Shown: one piece after another, positions 26,831 through 44,164 of the stretch
How positions within the stretch are numbered: position 1 is the stretch's first letter
Layout: every line of letters begins with the position of its first letter
Origin: the human T2T-CHM13v2.0 reference genome, Homo sapiens
Assembly: GCF_009914755.1 (NCBI RefSeq)
Contig: NC_060928.1
DNA length: 64,000 bases
Direction: 5' to 3' (one strand)
The notes under the pieces: model-generated
The model's database searches: none
Told to the model about the DNA's origin: nothing
What the model saw: only the letters and a program-made list of their open reading frames with translations
Program-made: the position numbers and the translations under genes

Positions 26831-27777
26831 TCATCTTAATACCATCTCCTTTATTTAATTTCAAATTTGTTTTTAATACATAGCTGTACAAAAGCTATAA
26901 GCATAAGAGTATATATCCAATGTATTTGTACACATTTAAGTAATATTATAATTAAAATAATTGAACACTAGGAAAACACCATATTTTAAAAAATAATTTC
27001 TTTAAAAGAGTGTCTATATATTATTCCTGTTTCAGAAATATTGTTCTGGGTTCTTAAATGAAAACGCACTTTATTGAGACTTGACTCAAGAATTACAGAT
27101 AAAGAGATGAAAAGAAATACCTCCTGCCTCAGCCATGAAGCCTTCACTGTAGAAACAACACATGTGCTGACTGTCCCCTGGAACGGCCTCTCTCTTCAGG
27201 CCAACACAGTCCACTTTGGTTCTGCCAACCTGCTGACCAACCCCAACAGATGGAAGGAAGGAAGAGAAAGCCGAGGTGCAGATGACATGGCTTATGCAAT
27301 ATTTTTATTGTGCCAGTATTCAAATGTATTACATTGATTTGTTCTGACTGACAATAATGTGGATGCTTTGATATCAGTGCGTTGGGTATTATCTTCATTT
27401 TACAAAAGAGAAAAACAGACACTCAGACTAACCAAGTGACCTGGCCAAGGTCCCACTGTCACTCTTGACTATGAAGTCAAAATCCTTTACAGGGTTTATC
27501 AGTCAGTGCCCTAGCAGGACACAGACAGCGTACTGAAATTAGGATAATGTCAGGAGGGACTACTTAAAATGGTGTGGAGAGTGTAGACGAACCACAAGGT
27601 AAAATTCCTGTCCTTCTTAAGACTGGTGAGAGTGGAGCAGTTGCCACCAATAGGCTGATGAAATAAGGGCAGAAATGATTACTCTGCGGGCTCCTAACCT
27701 TTTGTCACTCTGATGAACTCCAAAGACCCTATCTCAAGGGAATGTCTTTAAATGAATTTAATAAAATACTAATTACA

Positions 27778-28683
27778 GGGGGAGGAGCCAAGATGGCCGA
27801 ATAGGAACAGCTCCGGTCTACAGCTCCCAGCGTGAGCGATGCAGAAGACGGGTGATTTCTGCATTTCCATCTGAGGTACCAGGTTCATCTCACTAGGGAG
27901 TGCCAGACAGTGGGCGCAGGTCAGTGGGTGCGGGCACCGTGTGTGAGCGGAAGCAGGGTGAGGCATTGCCTCACTCGGGAAGCGCAAGGGGTCAGGGAGT
28001 TCCCTTTCCTAGTCAAAGAAAGGGGTGACGGACGCACCTGGAAAATTGGGTCACTCCCACCCAAATACTGCACTTTTCTGACCGGCTTAAAAAACGGCAC
28101 ACCACGAGATTATATCCGGCACCTGGCTTGGAGGGTCCTACACCCACGGAGTCTCGCTGATTGCTAGCACAGCAGTCTGAGATCAAACTGCAAGGCGGCA
28201 GCGAGGCTGGGGGAGGGGCGCCCGCCATTGCCCAGGCTTGCTTAGGTAAACAAAGCAGCCGGGAAGCTCCAACTGGGTGGAGCCCACCACAGCTCAAGGA
28301 GGCCTGCCTGCCTCTGTAGGCTCCACCTCTGGGGGCAGGGCACAGACAAACAAAAAGACAGCAGTAACCTCTGCAGACTTAAATGTCCCTGTCTGACAGC
28401 TTTGAAGAGAGCAGTGGTTCTCCCAGCATGCAGCTGGAGATCTGAGAACGGGCAGACTGCCTCCTCAAGTGGGTCCCTGACCCCTGACACCCGAGCAGCC
28501 TAATTGGGAGGCACCCCCCAGCTGGGGCACACTGACACCTCACACGGCAGGGTATTCCAGCAGACCTGCAGCTGAGGGTCCTGTCTGTTAGAAGGAAAAC
28601 TAACAAACAGAAAGGACACCCACACCAAAAATCCATCTGTACATCACCATCATCAAAGACCAAAAGTAGATAAAACCACAAAG
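27778..28683 (+). promoter_or_regulatory. L1 5'UTR bidirectional CpG-rich promoter with intact YY1 site
   Basis: AAGATGGCC at 27790-27798; many retained CpGs; sense and antisense promoters are established for L1HS/PA 5'UTRs. Confidence 0.8.
28013..28228 (-). CDS. ORF0: LINE-1 ORF0, intact 71 aa
   Basis: ATG at 28228-28226; MAGAPPPASLPPCSLISDCCASNQRDSVGVGPS...FSRCVRHPFL matches primate L1 ORF0 in length and sequence. Confidence 0.8.
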   Translation of the reverse strand: MAGAPPPASLPPCSLISDCCASNQRDSVGVGPSKPGAGYNLVVCRFLSRSEKCSIWVGVTQFSRCVRHPFL

Positions 28684-29700
28684 ATGGGGAAAAAACAGAA
28701 CAGAAAAACTGGAAACTCTAAAAAGCAGAGCGCCTCTCCTCCTCCAAAGGAACGCAGTTCCTCACCAGCAACGGAACAAAGCTGGATGGAGAATGACTTT
28801 GACGATCTGAGAGAAGAAGGCTTCAGACGATCAAATTACTCTGAGCTACGGGAGGACATTCAAACCAAAGGCAAAGAAGTTGAAAACTTTGAAAAAAATT
28901 TAGAAGAATGTATAACTAGAATAACCAATACAGAGAAGTGCTTAAAGGAGCTGATGGAGCTGAAAACCAAGGCTCAAGAACTATGTGAAGAATGCAGAAG
29001 CCTCAGGAGCCGATGCGATCAACTGGAAGAAAGGGTATCAGCGATGGAAGATGAAATGAATGAAATGAAGCGAGAAGGGAAGTTTAGAGAAAAAAGAATA
29101 AAAAGAAATCAGCAAAGCCTCCAAGAAATATGGGACTATGTGAAAAGGCCAAATCTACATCTGATTGGTGTACCTGAAAGTGATGGGGAGAATGGAACCA
29201 AGCTGGAAAACACTCTGCAGGATATTATCCAGGAGAACTTCCCCAATCTAGCAAGGCAGGCCAACGTTCAGATTCAGGAAATACAGAGAACACCACAAAG
29301 ATACTCCTCGAGAAGAGCAACTCCAAGACACATAATTGGCAGATTCACCAAAGTTGAAAGGAAGGAAAAAATGTTAAGGGCAGCCAGAGAGAAAGGTCGG
29401 GTTACCCTCAAAGGGAAGCCCATCAGACTAACAGCGGATCTCTAGGCAGAAACCCTACAAGCCAGAAGAGAGTGGGGGCCAATATACAACATTCTTAAAG
29501 AGAAGAGTTTTCAACCCAGAATTTCATATCAAGCCAAACTAAGCTTCATACGTGAAGGAGAAATAAAATACTTTACAGACAAGCAAATGCTGAGAGATTT
29601 TGTCACCACCAGTCCTGCCCTAAAAGAGCTCCTGAAGGAAGCGCTAAACATGGAAAGGAACAACCGGTACCAGCCGCTGCAAAATCATGCCAAAATGTAA
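28684..29700 (+). pseudogene. ORF1: L1 ORF1p with premature stop at codon 254
   Basis: MGKKQNRKTGNSK...PIRLTADL then TAG at 29443-29445; native stop TAA at 29698-29700. Confidence 0.95.
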
Positions 29701-29748
29701 AGACCATTGAGACTAGGAAGAAACTGCATCAACTAACAAGCAAAATAA

Positions 29749-33570
<3,822 letters not shown>

Positions 33571-34732
33571 ACAATGAGATCACATGGACACAGGAAGGGG
33601 AACATCACACTCTAGGGACTGTTGTGGGGTGGGGGGAGAGGGGAGGGATAGCATTGGGAGATATACCTAATGCTAGATGACGAGTTAGTGGGTGCAGCGC
33701 ACCAGCATGGCACATGTATACATATGTAACTAACCTGCACAATGTGCACATGTACCCTCAAACTTAAAGTATAATAATAATAAAAAAATAAAATAAATTG
33801 TAAAAAAATAAAATAATAAAATAAAATAAAATACTAATTACAAAAGAATACAATGATATTAAAATCCAATGAATAAAATATGCTAATAAGTGTGTAATAT
33901 ATTAACATAAGGGTTTCTTTTTTAACACACTATCTAACAAGGCCTGATGGTGGGTCTAATAATGACTGCAACTTCAAAGTAGGGGTGAGCATAAAAGACA
34001 CTTTGACATGCCTGCACCCTCTGTGATGTTACACGAAAATACTCATGACAGCAGTCACAGGTATTGCTAATACCATTAGGATGTGTTGCCTAGCTTGGTG
34101 ATTGAAGGAAATGGTCAATTTTGGTTGGAGATTAGTGATTGTAAAGATATATTTTTAGTTTCCCCATTGAAGTTCACAAACCTCCTAAACTTTACAGATC
34201 TCAGATTAACAACTTCTTGGCTATTGGAAAACAGAAGAAAAGAGTCATGTAAAGAGGTTACTTGGAGGGACAGAGCCAGCACAAAGACCACACCACAGGG
34301 AGGAACAAATACCCCAACAACCTTCTCCTCTTTCCACCCCATCTCATGCCAGCTTTCCCTATTGGTGTAATTCATGCAGATTGGCTTCTCAGGCCAGAGA
34401 ACAGGGTGAGGAAGGCTGGAGAGTGAATCTGGAGGCAAGCTAAAGACATCCACCTCTCAACAATCTGCCAATCTGCCTATATCTATACCTCATCCACCTG
34501 CTTCCCACCTCTTTGCTCTACGTAGTCAAGAATGATTTATTTGAGTGAGAGTAAGTCAGAAACTAGAAAGTACTCAACCCCCTTCCAGCATCAAGGGATA
34601 TTTCTACCCCATGGAAAATTTTGCCTCACCCCACTGATTCTACATTCTCCAGTAATAATTTAAATCTACTTGATGACAGATTTTTCAATTAAAATAAAGG
34701 TATCATTTATATGAGTATTTGTTTAATGTTTT

Positions 34733-35430
34733 GTATCAATGGCCATTGTGTTTGGCTGCAGGTAACAGAAACCCACAACCAAAAACCAGTGGTTTAAGTA
34801 TATCAGAAGTTTTGTTTTTATTATGCAACAAGAAGTCCAGAGGTAGGCAGGGCAGAGATAATTAATATAGTGGCTTATAGCTGTCATCAGAGATCCTGGG
34901 TCTTTCCTTTTCTGTACCACAACCTTAGCATGCTTCCATGCTTGCAGTGGCCTTATGGTTACGGGATGGCTGCTGGAACCCCAGAGGTATACATTAAGGC
35001 ACGAAGAAGGGGTAAGACAAGAGGAAAAGTTTATTTCAGCTGGAGCAGCCCAGAGCTTTGGAGCTTTTACAGGAGCTATATGAGAAAGGGTCAACTGCAA
35101 GATGTTTGTTAAGGAGTATTGGAATTGACACTGTGGAAGGAGGGGAGTGGAAGCAGGAGCAGGCAGAGAAACACTTGGAGCTTCCAGAAAGGGCCAGCAA
35201 CAGCTCTGGCTGATGCCTCTAGAAGCTCCTGAGAGACAGCAGCTCTTCAGAGCCATCACTGTTGAGCTAAGATGCCTGGTCTTCATATGCCCTCATTGAC
35301 CACTGGGTATGGGCTACTCCAGAAAGAACATGACCTTGGGCAAGGCAGCTCTCCACAGCTGAGACCATCCATCAAGGAGATGACAACTCCTTTCGCATAC
35401 AAACTTCAGGGGACACAATTCAGCTCCTAA
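34733..35430 (-). mobile_element. Old MLT1K/L-like LTR with a possible nested LTR16-like piece (~35040-35390)
   Basis: TTTGGCTGCAGGTAACAGAAACCC...CAGTGGTTTAA...CAAGAAGTCCAGAGGTAGGCAG...GATGGCTGCTGGA. Confidence 0.5.
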
Positions 35431-37104
35431 CAGAGAGGATGTGATGAAGATAAAGAGGGTCGTCCCATTTCATCAGAGATCTTTATCCCTGTGAGTTTAG
35501 TTCCAGGCTTTTTGATGTTCCTTCATTGGCTTCAAGAAAGTTGTACCCCACCCTCAGTAGCCTCGCAGTCACCAACCTGACCATGGTGACCCAAGCAGGA
35601 AGTGTTGGAAACTTGGAGCCTGGAGCCCAGACAGGAAACAGCTTTCCTCAGAACTATGTTCCATTACAGTGTCCTTCTTCATACTAATGATATGGATTGT
35701 ATTAAGGAATCATTGTACAATATATCTCTCTTTGAGGGAACTGTAATTAAATTGTTCTTGATATTCATGTATCTTGTATATGTCAGGGTTACGAGCTGGG
35801 TCTCAAATTAAACACATATAGCTTCAAATCTCAACTTTTATACTTCTAAGTGGACAGCTGTCAAATTCTCTCAGTTTCCTCATTTTCACTATAGTTAAAA
35901 TTATATATAAATATATACGAATATATGATACATATTTCATAAATATTTTATAAAAATATATTTTATAAGTTTGCTAGTATAGCAGGTTATATACAAATAT
36001 AGTTATAGTTTCTACATTGTGGGTTATTGCAGATACTAAATAAGGTTATGCATTTAGAAGCTACATAAATGACAACTGTTATTTGGAAAACGTGTTGAAC
36101 ATGTCCGCGTGCTCTACAACAGAGATATAGAAATAAAGGTGCATTTCCTATCCTAAGGAAATTCATTATATACAAGGGAAGTAGCCAGAGCATTGTGAAG
36201 AGTAGAATAAGAGAGCTAAAAACAAGCCTCCAGGAGAACACAAATGGTGCACATTCTCACTGACTAGGATGGCTCCCTGAAACAGAGGACCTTTTTGCTG
36301 AAAAAGCAGGAGACACAGAAGATACTGAAGAACTTTATAAGCACAGGGGTCAGCATAGGCAACTCCACAGAGGCAGAGGGATCTGGCCTTTGCAGGGAAT
36401 CAAAATAGGCCATTATGCTAGAGAGATAAAGTATGGTGAAAGAGGAAACCCAGGGTGGGGGGCACAGGGAGCAGGTTCTAAATTTCTGCAGTGGGCTGGG
36501 TCTGCCTTCAAAGGAAGTGATTCATGTGGGAAACTAGGTCAGAGCTGCTTCTGGTGAATGCCATGATTAATAGCAACCTACGTGTTACTGTCCTTATGGA
36601 AAAAAAGAATAACAGGACTAATAATAATAGTCCTCCTGTAGGTATGATGTATGTTTCCAGCTTGGTCGCTAGTTTAATTACCTGCAGAAGACACAAGGAC
36701 CAACATGATTTCTGCCTCCATCTTTTTTTGTGATTCATCATGGGAATTGTGAGTAACAGGTCCTTGTCATTCTGAAACCTTACCTAAAGTTAGGCATTAA
36801 GGGAGACACGGTGGAAATGGCTGGTGCCATCAACACTGTTTGATAGCTATATCTTCTCCCCTTTTGGTTTCATTTTACCTCTTCTTCCTTTTTTTTTTTT
36901 TTACCCTTCCTTCCAATCAAATTTTGATCCTCCTAAAGAGCCTTTGATGAGTCCTTTCAATGTGATTTGACACTAATGAAGGTTTCCCACTGCAAATGAT
37001 AAACTGAGAATCAGAATCAACATTTATTAAGCACCTCCTGTGTGTGCTGTTTTCACAGCTGCTCTATCATTTCCATTTTATAGATGAGGAAAATGAACAT
37101 CAGA

Positions 37105-37538
37105 AATATCAAGTGCTTTGTTTATCAATATTCATGTTCTCCTTTTCCTTCCTCCATTTCCCAGGCCACTCACATGGGGGTCACATGGTGAGTGCTCATC
37201 AATGGAATGTAAGTAACAGTGACTGTCACCTCCAGCCCAAGGTGGTTAAAAGTGGGTGAGCCTTCTCTACACTCTTGCTTTTCCTTAATCACTTGGCTGA
37301 ACTGGGTGATCCAGTGGAAGATGCTGGGACTCTTGGAGAAGGCAAAGTCTATACTGGAAGAACACTGATTTCCAAATGACTGTGTAGAGTAAAGCACCCT
37401 CAACCTGATTTCACCTCCTCAACGTACCACTGACCTACATTGAACTAGGACATAAGCCAGCAATGAAACTTTATTGTTTTGTGCCACTGAGATTTACAGA
37501 TTGTTTGTAACAGCAAATAACCTAAACTGATTAATATA
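37105..37538 (+). mobile_element. MaLR LTR (MLT1H/J-like)
   Basis: CATTTCCCAGGCC...CAATGGAATGTAAG...GTCACCTCCAGCCCAAGG...GCCACTGAGATTT...TTGTTTGTAACAGCA...CTGATTAATATA. Confidence 0.6.
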
Positions 37539-37759
37539 TAGCTAGGGCAAGATTTGTGTCAGTCAACTAATATTTATGGAATGCCTTCTATAAAACAGTG
37601 CCATCAGTGCAATTCAGAGTATTATATGATAAATTCCAAGTGAGTGGCATGCACAGACAAGGCATAGGTGATCAGAGTTTGGAGGGAGGGTGAGTTTTGA
37701 AGGCTAGGCAGAACTTACATGGTGCCCTCAACCACACACAAGGCAAAGGCTCCTGTAAT

Positions 37760-38190
37760 GGCCAAGATTCTGCCTCTGGAGCCAGGGCTACGAGGCTTAA
37801 CTCTAGATTTGCTCTTTACCAACTGAATGACCTTGTGGACCCCAAGCCTCCGTTCCCCTATCTGTAAAATAGAGCAAAAAATACCTATCTTCCAATGTTA
37901 TTGGTTATTATAAAGATTAAATTCAGGGAGTGGGGGATGAGGGGAGGGAGAGCATTAGGACAAATAGCTAATGCATGTGGGGCTTAAAACCTAGAAGATG
38001 GGTTGATAGGTGCAGCCAACACCGTGGCGGACATATACCTATCTAACAAACCTGCATGTTCTGCACTTGTATCCCGGAACTTAAAGTAAAAAGAATTAAA
38101 ATAATAATAATAATAAGATTACATGAAATAATGTGTATTAAGTAAATAAAATGGGACGTCCTTGATAAATAATAATTATTGTCACTAATA
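37760..38190 (+). mobile_element. MIR interrupted by an L1 3' fragment
   Basis: GCCTCTGGAGCCAG...GACCTTG...CCTATCTGTAAAATAG; resumes ATGAAATAATGTGTA. Confidence 0.6.
37926..38112 (+). mobile_element. 5'-truncated L1 3' end (L1PA8-10-like)
   Basis: GGGAGAGCATTAGGACAAATAGCTAATGCATG...CTGCACTTGTATCCCGGAACTTAAAGTAAAA with (TAA)n tail; approximate TSD AAGATTAAAT/AAGATTACAT. Confidence 0.85.
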
Positions 38191-39144
38191 TCGGTGTCAT
38201 AAATATAAGAAGAAGTTCAGCTTCTCACTGGTTTAGACACAAATAAATCAAGTACTCATCTTGACCATAAGCATTTTCATCTATCGCTATTGGATACTAG
38301 TGTGACTATGGCCACCTCATTTTATGTTTTTATTTTCTCTAAGAATAATCAAAAGCTGAATCTAAAGTTTATCACATAAAAGATTTTACATACTTTGGAC
38401 CTCAACTAATTCTGTCTTCTTATCTTGGATTTACAGTTTATTTAATTACAAACAAACAAACCAAAAAACAGTCATTTGACGAGTGGGCCTGGCCCAGAGT
38501 GCAGCTGTTTCTTCTTGGTGTGTACATTGTTATGCAGAGTGAGTGATTTTACTCTGTCACTTTAATTCATAAGATACTAGAGCAGCCAGGGGCTTTGGAG
38601 GACATCAGATCCAACCTACCATTTTACATCTACGGAGGAGGAAACTGAGGCCCAAATGTTAGTGCATCACAGATGTCCACATGCATGTTTTTTTTCTTTC
38701 TCTCTCAAGCTTTAAGGGTTCTAGCAGCTTAACTAAACGGCCCCAGTCTCACCCACAAGGCTTGATGGAACCTCTGTTAATCAAATCGCATGAGAAATGA
38801 GGTGCTACAGCCAATTAAACTTTCTGATCCAGTAAATTAACAGAGAATATATTCTTTATATATATTTTCCCCCTAATATACAGCAGTTCCCTTTTCCTGC
38901 CTTGTTAGGACAGTCTTGTGAACAAACTCAAGTGTGTCTTTAGTTAGCAGTGAAAGGAACCTAGGGATCACTTAGTCCATCTTGTTCATTTTTCAGATGA
39001 AAACAAAAAGATTTTATAATTGTCATACAATGTAATCTTTACAATGATCTTTTTAAAATTTTATTTCCTCCATGATGTAGATGAGAGAACTAAAACTCCT
39101 AACAATTGAATGACCTCCTCTGGATCATAGAACTCATAATACAG

Positions 39145-39540
39145 ACAGTGGCACAGGCCCAGTTACCTGTCTCTCTGGGCTCACAGTAAGATTCCATTTC
39201 CCAGTTGGGTCTGGCCGTATAACTGAGTTCTCACCAGTGGAGTGTAAGCAGAAGGCATCCACGCCAGTTCCCACATGTGTTCCTCCATGCTCGCTCCCTT
39301 TACAGTTGGCTAGAATGGAGATGAACCCCAGGGTGAACCTGGAAGCCATGAATAAAGATTCTGCAAGCACCAGATAAATAGAGCCTGAGTTCTTGAATCA
39401 TTGCCAGAGGAGGATGGCCACCTCCTGGTCAATACTACTTGTTGTGGACTGTCTGTAATGAGAAATAAACTTCTTTCATATTTGGTCCCTTGTAAACTTG
39501 GGGATTTATGTGCTGAAGCAGCAAGTATGTCCTTAATGCA
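39145..39540 (+). mobile_element. MaLR LTR (MLT1J-like)
   Basis: CATTTCCCAG...ACTGAGTTCTCACCAGTGGAGTGTAAGCAGAAG...GAAATAAACTTCTTT. Confidence 0.55.
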
Positions 39541-41843
39541 TAGCTTGCTAACGGCAGAACTACAGATACTTACTATGGGCAAGGCATTATGTTTGTGATA
39601 AAAGATAGGAAGATGACTTCCAATATTTTGGGTCCTTAAGAAGCATTAAGCACAGCTGGGTTCTGAGATATGGACAGACATAGCATAAAATGAAATAGAA
39701 ATGGAAAAAGAAAAGTCTAAAGAAAGATAAATATGAAAGAACCTAGGAATCCAGAGAAGAAATAAGTCGTGCTGTTGTGTAAAGAGGAGTGATTTTTTGG
39801 AAGAAGGGTGGGAATTTTGGACTGGGAGGATGGGTAGCATGCACAGTCAGAACTCATAGGAAACAAGAAAAAGCCTGGTACAGTGAGCTGTTTATTGGGA
39901 TGGAAATGGGATACACAAACAAATGGAACGGTAGGATAAAGCTCCATCACGAAAGATGCTAATGCCAAGTTAATAACTTTGAGTATTGTTTACAAGTTTG
40001 GCTAATGCTTGTCACCAACGCCTGCTGGCTGAGAAATCTTGAAAATGAATGGCATGCCATGCCCTCAGAGTGTGATGACAACCATTGGAGCTCAGAAAAC
40101 AGGGAGTTTTCATTTCTGAGAGCTGACTCCCTAGTCTGCGGTAGATAGAGAGCAGAGGTGGGGCTGGGAGTGTGGAGAAAGAGCATTCAGAATTGGCCCA
40201 CACTGGCAAGTTTCCAGGCTCTGAACAAGGTTGGGAGGAAAATGATTTGATGAGCTTTTCAATCCTGTTCCATTTCAGCCTTGCTCAGGGGACGTATGTT
40301 GAGGGAATTTTTTTTCCAGAAGTACATATGGAAATGGCAAGGTTGGTGTTTGATGGTGTGACAGAGAAAGCCACACTGGGGAAATAGTGTGCTTTGAAAT
40401 CAGGTCACTTAGAAAAAAATAAATCCAGAAAAGTCAAAGCTTAAATGAAGCTATCAATTTAGGGACTTTTCACAGCCTTACTTACTGGGTTCTCTTTCTA
40501 ACTTAAAAACTAGGAAAGGCACTTCTGAGTCTCTATCTTGGTAAAGTTTGTTTGAATCTCTTTTATTTTTACAGTGCACACATTGATCTCAAGTTTTAAG
40601 ATCCTTTTTATCACTGTAGCTAGAAGTAAAAAAGCCACCCAGCTGTTCAGTCTGTTAGTGCCAAATCTGGTCTCTTCTGAACACTATAATTCTCATACTA
40701 CAAGATATCCCAAATGTACAGAAAGGTCAAGCAGAAAGAGATGATGACAACTCTGAATTCTCATGTCATTTTAAAGATGAATCAGTTTGGTATGAGATCC
40801 TTCTTGGTAAGGGAAAATACTTCTCATTCTACCCCAATTCATGTCAAATTTCCCTACAGGGATTTCAATCCAATGTGCCTATTGTTTTAAGGAATAGTCA
40901 CTGACACTACAACATTACATCATGTTTCTGTAGAGGGAAAGAGAAAGGAATAAAAATAAAGCCAGTATTTATTTTTCACCTTCTACCTATCACTTGCTTA
41001 CATTATTATTTAATTATCAAAACAACCATATAATACAGGAATCCCTTTTCCCAACCTTTACAGAATAGAAATCAAAGTTTAGTTAACTTAAGGGACTTAT
41101 TCAAGATCATATAACGGTAAAGGACAGAGATAAAAACAAGTTTATCCTGGCTTGAGAATTCATGTTAATAAGTTGCTTATAACCAAATATGCAATCAAAT
41201 AGTAGAGATTTCATGAAATGGCATAAGAGGATAAAATAGGCCATATATATGCAAGTACTAAATAACATGGTATTAATCTCACTCATAAATATTGAATGAA
41301 AAGAATGTAATCAGTTGAGATTATCTCAAGAATGTATCTGGAAAAAGGTGAGATTTTTAGGAGATTAAAAACTGCTCATTTTGGACACTATTAATTTGTA
41401 AACATCATTACAATATAAGTATTACAATACAGAATATTATAATATTCTGCTGTGAACTCTACTATGATGCTCTTTTCTTAATGCACTTATTTCAAAAGGT
41501 CCTCTTTATAATTCATTGCTTTTAGAGCCTAATAATTCTAATTAAACATGATTCTTGACAGATTCATGAAATCATTCATACATACACAAATTTACCAGAC
41601 ACTTATGATATCCCACTGATTTGAGGATTGAGAGGTTCATGCTTTGTTCTCAAGAGATTTTGTTGTCAAAATCTCTATACAAGGAGTTCAAAATTCATCA
41701 AGCCAATAATCCTAGGTCTAGGACTGAGAAGAAGAAAGAGGGGCCAATATAGTCTCACAGTAAGAAGAAAACAAATAAATATACAGTCATAAAATAATGT
41801 AGCAAGTGCTATGCAGCAAGAAGTCCAGAGGTAGGCAGCTCTT

Positions 41844-42800
41844 GAGACCATTTTTCCCTCCTAGGTCTCTGAGCCTGTGATGAGAAGGGCTGCCTTGAAG
41901 ATGTCTGACATGCCCTGGAGACATTTTTTCCATTGTCTTGATAATTAACATTTGGCTCCTCCTTATTATGCAAATTTATGCAGCAGGCTTGAATTTCTCC
42001 TTAGAAAATGGGTTTTTTATCTTTTATATCATATCATCAGGCTGCAAATTTTCCAAACTTTTCTGCTTTGCTTCCCTTTTAAACGTAAGTTCCAATTTCA
42101 GATCACTTTTCTCAAATTCAAAGTTCCACAGAGATCAAGAGCATGGACAAAATGCCACCAGTCTCTTTGCTGAAGAATAGCAAGAGTGACCTTTGCTCCC
42201 ATTCCCAAGAAGTTCCTCATCTTCATCTGAGGCCACCTCAGCCTGGACTTCATTGTCCATACCACTATGAGCATTTTGATCAAAACCATTCAATAAGTCT
42301 CTAGAAAGTTCCAAACTTTCCCACATCTTCTGTCTTCTTCTGAGCCCTGCAAACTGTTTCAACCTCTGTTACCCAGTTCCAAAGTCACTTCCACCTTTTC
42401 AAGTATCTTTACAGCAGTGTCGCAGTCCCAGCATCAATTTACTGTATTAGTCTGTTTTCATACTGCTATGAAGAAATACCCAAGACTGGGTTATTTATAA
42501 AGGAAAGAGGTTTAATTGACTCACAGTTCCACATGGCTGAGGAGGCCACAGGAAACTTACAATCATGTTGGAAGGGGAAGCAGGCACCTTCTTCATAGGG
42601 TGGCAGAAGAGAGAGGGTGAAGGGGGAAGAGCCCCTTATAAAACCATCAGATCTCATGAGAACTCATTCACTATCATGAGAACAGCATGAGGGAAACCTC
42701 CCCCATGATCCAATTACCTCCCAAGAGGTCCCTCCCTCAACACCTGGGGATCACAATTCAAGATGAGATTTGGGTGAAGACACAAAGCCTAACCATATCA
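41844..42800 (-). mobile_element. THE1C/D-like element: LTR (42443-42800) plus truncated internal segment, second LTR absent
   Basis: Antisense LTR TGTATTAGTC...AACCATATCA; internal GACCTTTGCTCC...CAGCCTGGACTTCATTGTCCATA...AAGTTCCAAACTTTCCCACAT. Confidence 0.9.
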
Positions 42801-44164
42801 TTAGGTGTACGGCTAGGTAAGGTATTGCAGGTCAAGGCAAAAGTGTGTTTCAAGGCTCAGAGAAGTGAGAGAATGTGTGGGGTTTTGTCTAATTTACTAG
42901 AGAGTGGATAGGTAAATAGAGGGCAGACCAGTGAGGGTGAGGTTTGAACACCATAGGGTCCACTAGACATGTTGGAACTCCCCTTCTTTTCTCTAGGTTT
43001 TGGAGAATGGCACCTATGCTGTTATAATACATACTTAAATTTTGCTTTCTATTTAAAAGTGCTTTCTATTCACCACGGTTTGGGTTCCTTCTGACAGAGG
43101 TCATTATCAGAGATTCAGACCTTTATTTACTCAGTTCCTTGTTGTGGTTTTGCAAGGGAGGTTTTCTTGTTCCTCTCCAAAAACAGACTTGCCTGTGAAG
43201 GTGGGTTACACTTCCATTCTCTTAAGTCTGTCATAATAAAGATATTTCATCAAGCACTAAATGAAAGCCAGTATTTAGAATGTACTTTGTGACTTTTGTG
43301 GGTTATGAGATGCTGAATGTGAGACACTGTAGCCAGTTGCTTAGGGAAATTGAAAACAAATTCTTCTCTAGACAAATTAGAAAACCAGGTCAATGCCTCA
43401 TTGCATAGTCCTGCTGGAAGACAAGAATTAAGGCTGAATACATTGTCAAGGTCATTTCAGATCCTATTATTCTGCTTCTCTGGTGATAACGATAATAAAA
43501 ATAGCACTTTTTATTTGTGACTCACATAATTTTCAGAATTCTTTCACCTATGATCTCCTCTGAACAGCTGATGAGGAATTTGTGCCATCAACCTGGAGGA
43601 TAACTTGGAGGACCAAGTGCTCCCAACCAGACCTCAAGGTTAAAAAGAATTTCAAATAGGAGGTATGAGATATTGACCAACGTACAACATATCCTTTTGT
43701 CTTTTATACCAAAGATGATTTCATAGATGTTAGCTTGCCTCCATATTTCCAAACTTAAAATTTAGGAATATTCCCAGAACATTCTACTCTTCTTGCAGAG
43801 TCCTTTATAATTACTTGTTTTTAAAAAAGCTATGTAAATTTTCAGTTCATTTATGCCATGGAGAAAGGAGTTTTATAATTACTATCTATCTTCACTAATA
43901 TGGTTTTAATTTTTGTTTCATCTATACTAAGTTTTCTAAATGTAAGCAGTTCTCCATAGTTAATTGTGATATCACTATTAACAAAAATGTCTTTCAGGGA
44001 CATACCCAACTGACAGAAACATAGTAATCAGAGACAGAAATGATCTGAAAGACTGGAGGAACTCTGCAGAAAACAATGAATACAATGAAGAACTGGGAAC
44101 CATAAAATATGTGTGAGCCACAGGGTAGAGAGAAAAGAGGTCAGGACTTAGGCACAGGCATCCT

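Noticed and set aside
34723-35286. 187-aa minus-strand ORF
   Set aside because: Lies across LTR relics with no protein-like features or family similarity
35895-35970. AT-rich quasi-palindromes
   Set aside because: Low complexity; self-complementarity is expected by chance
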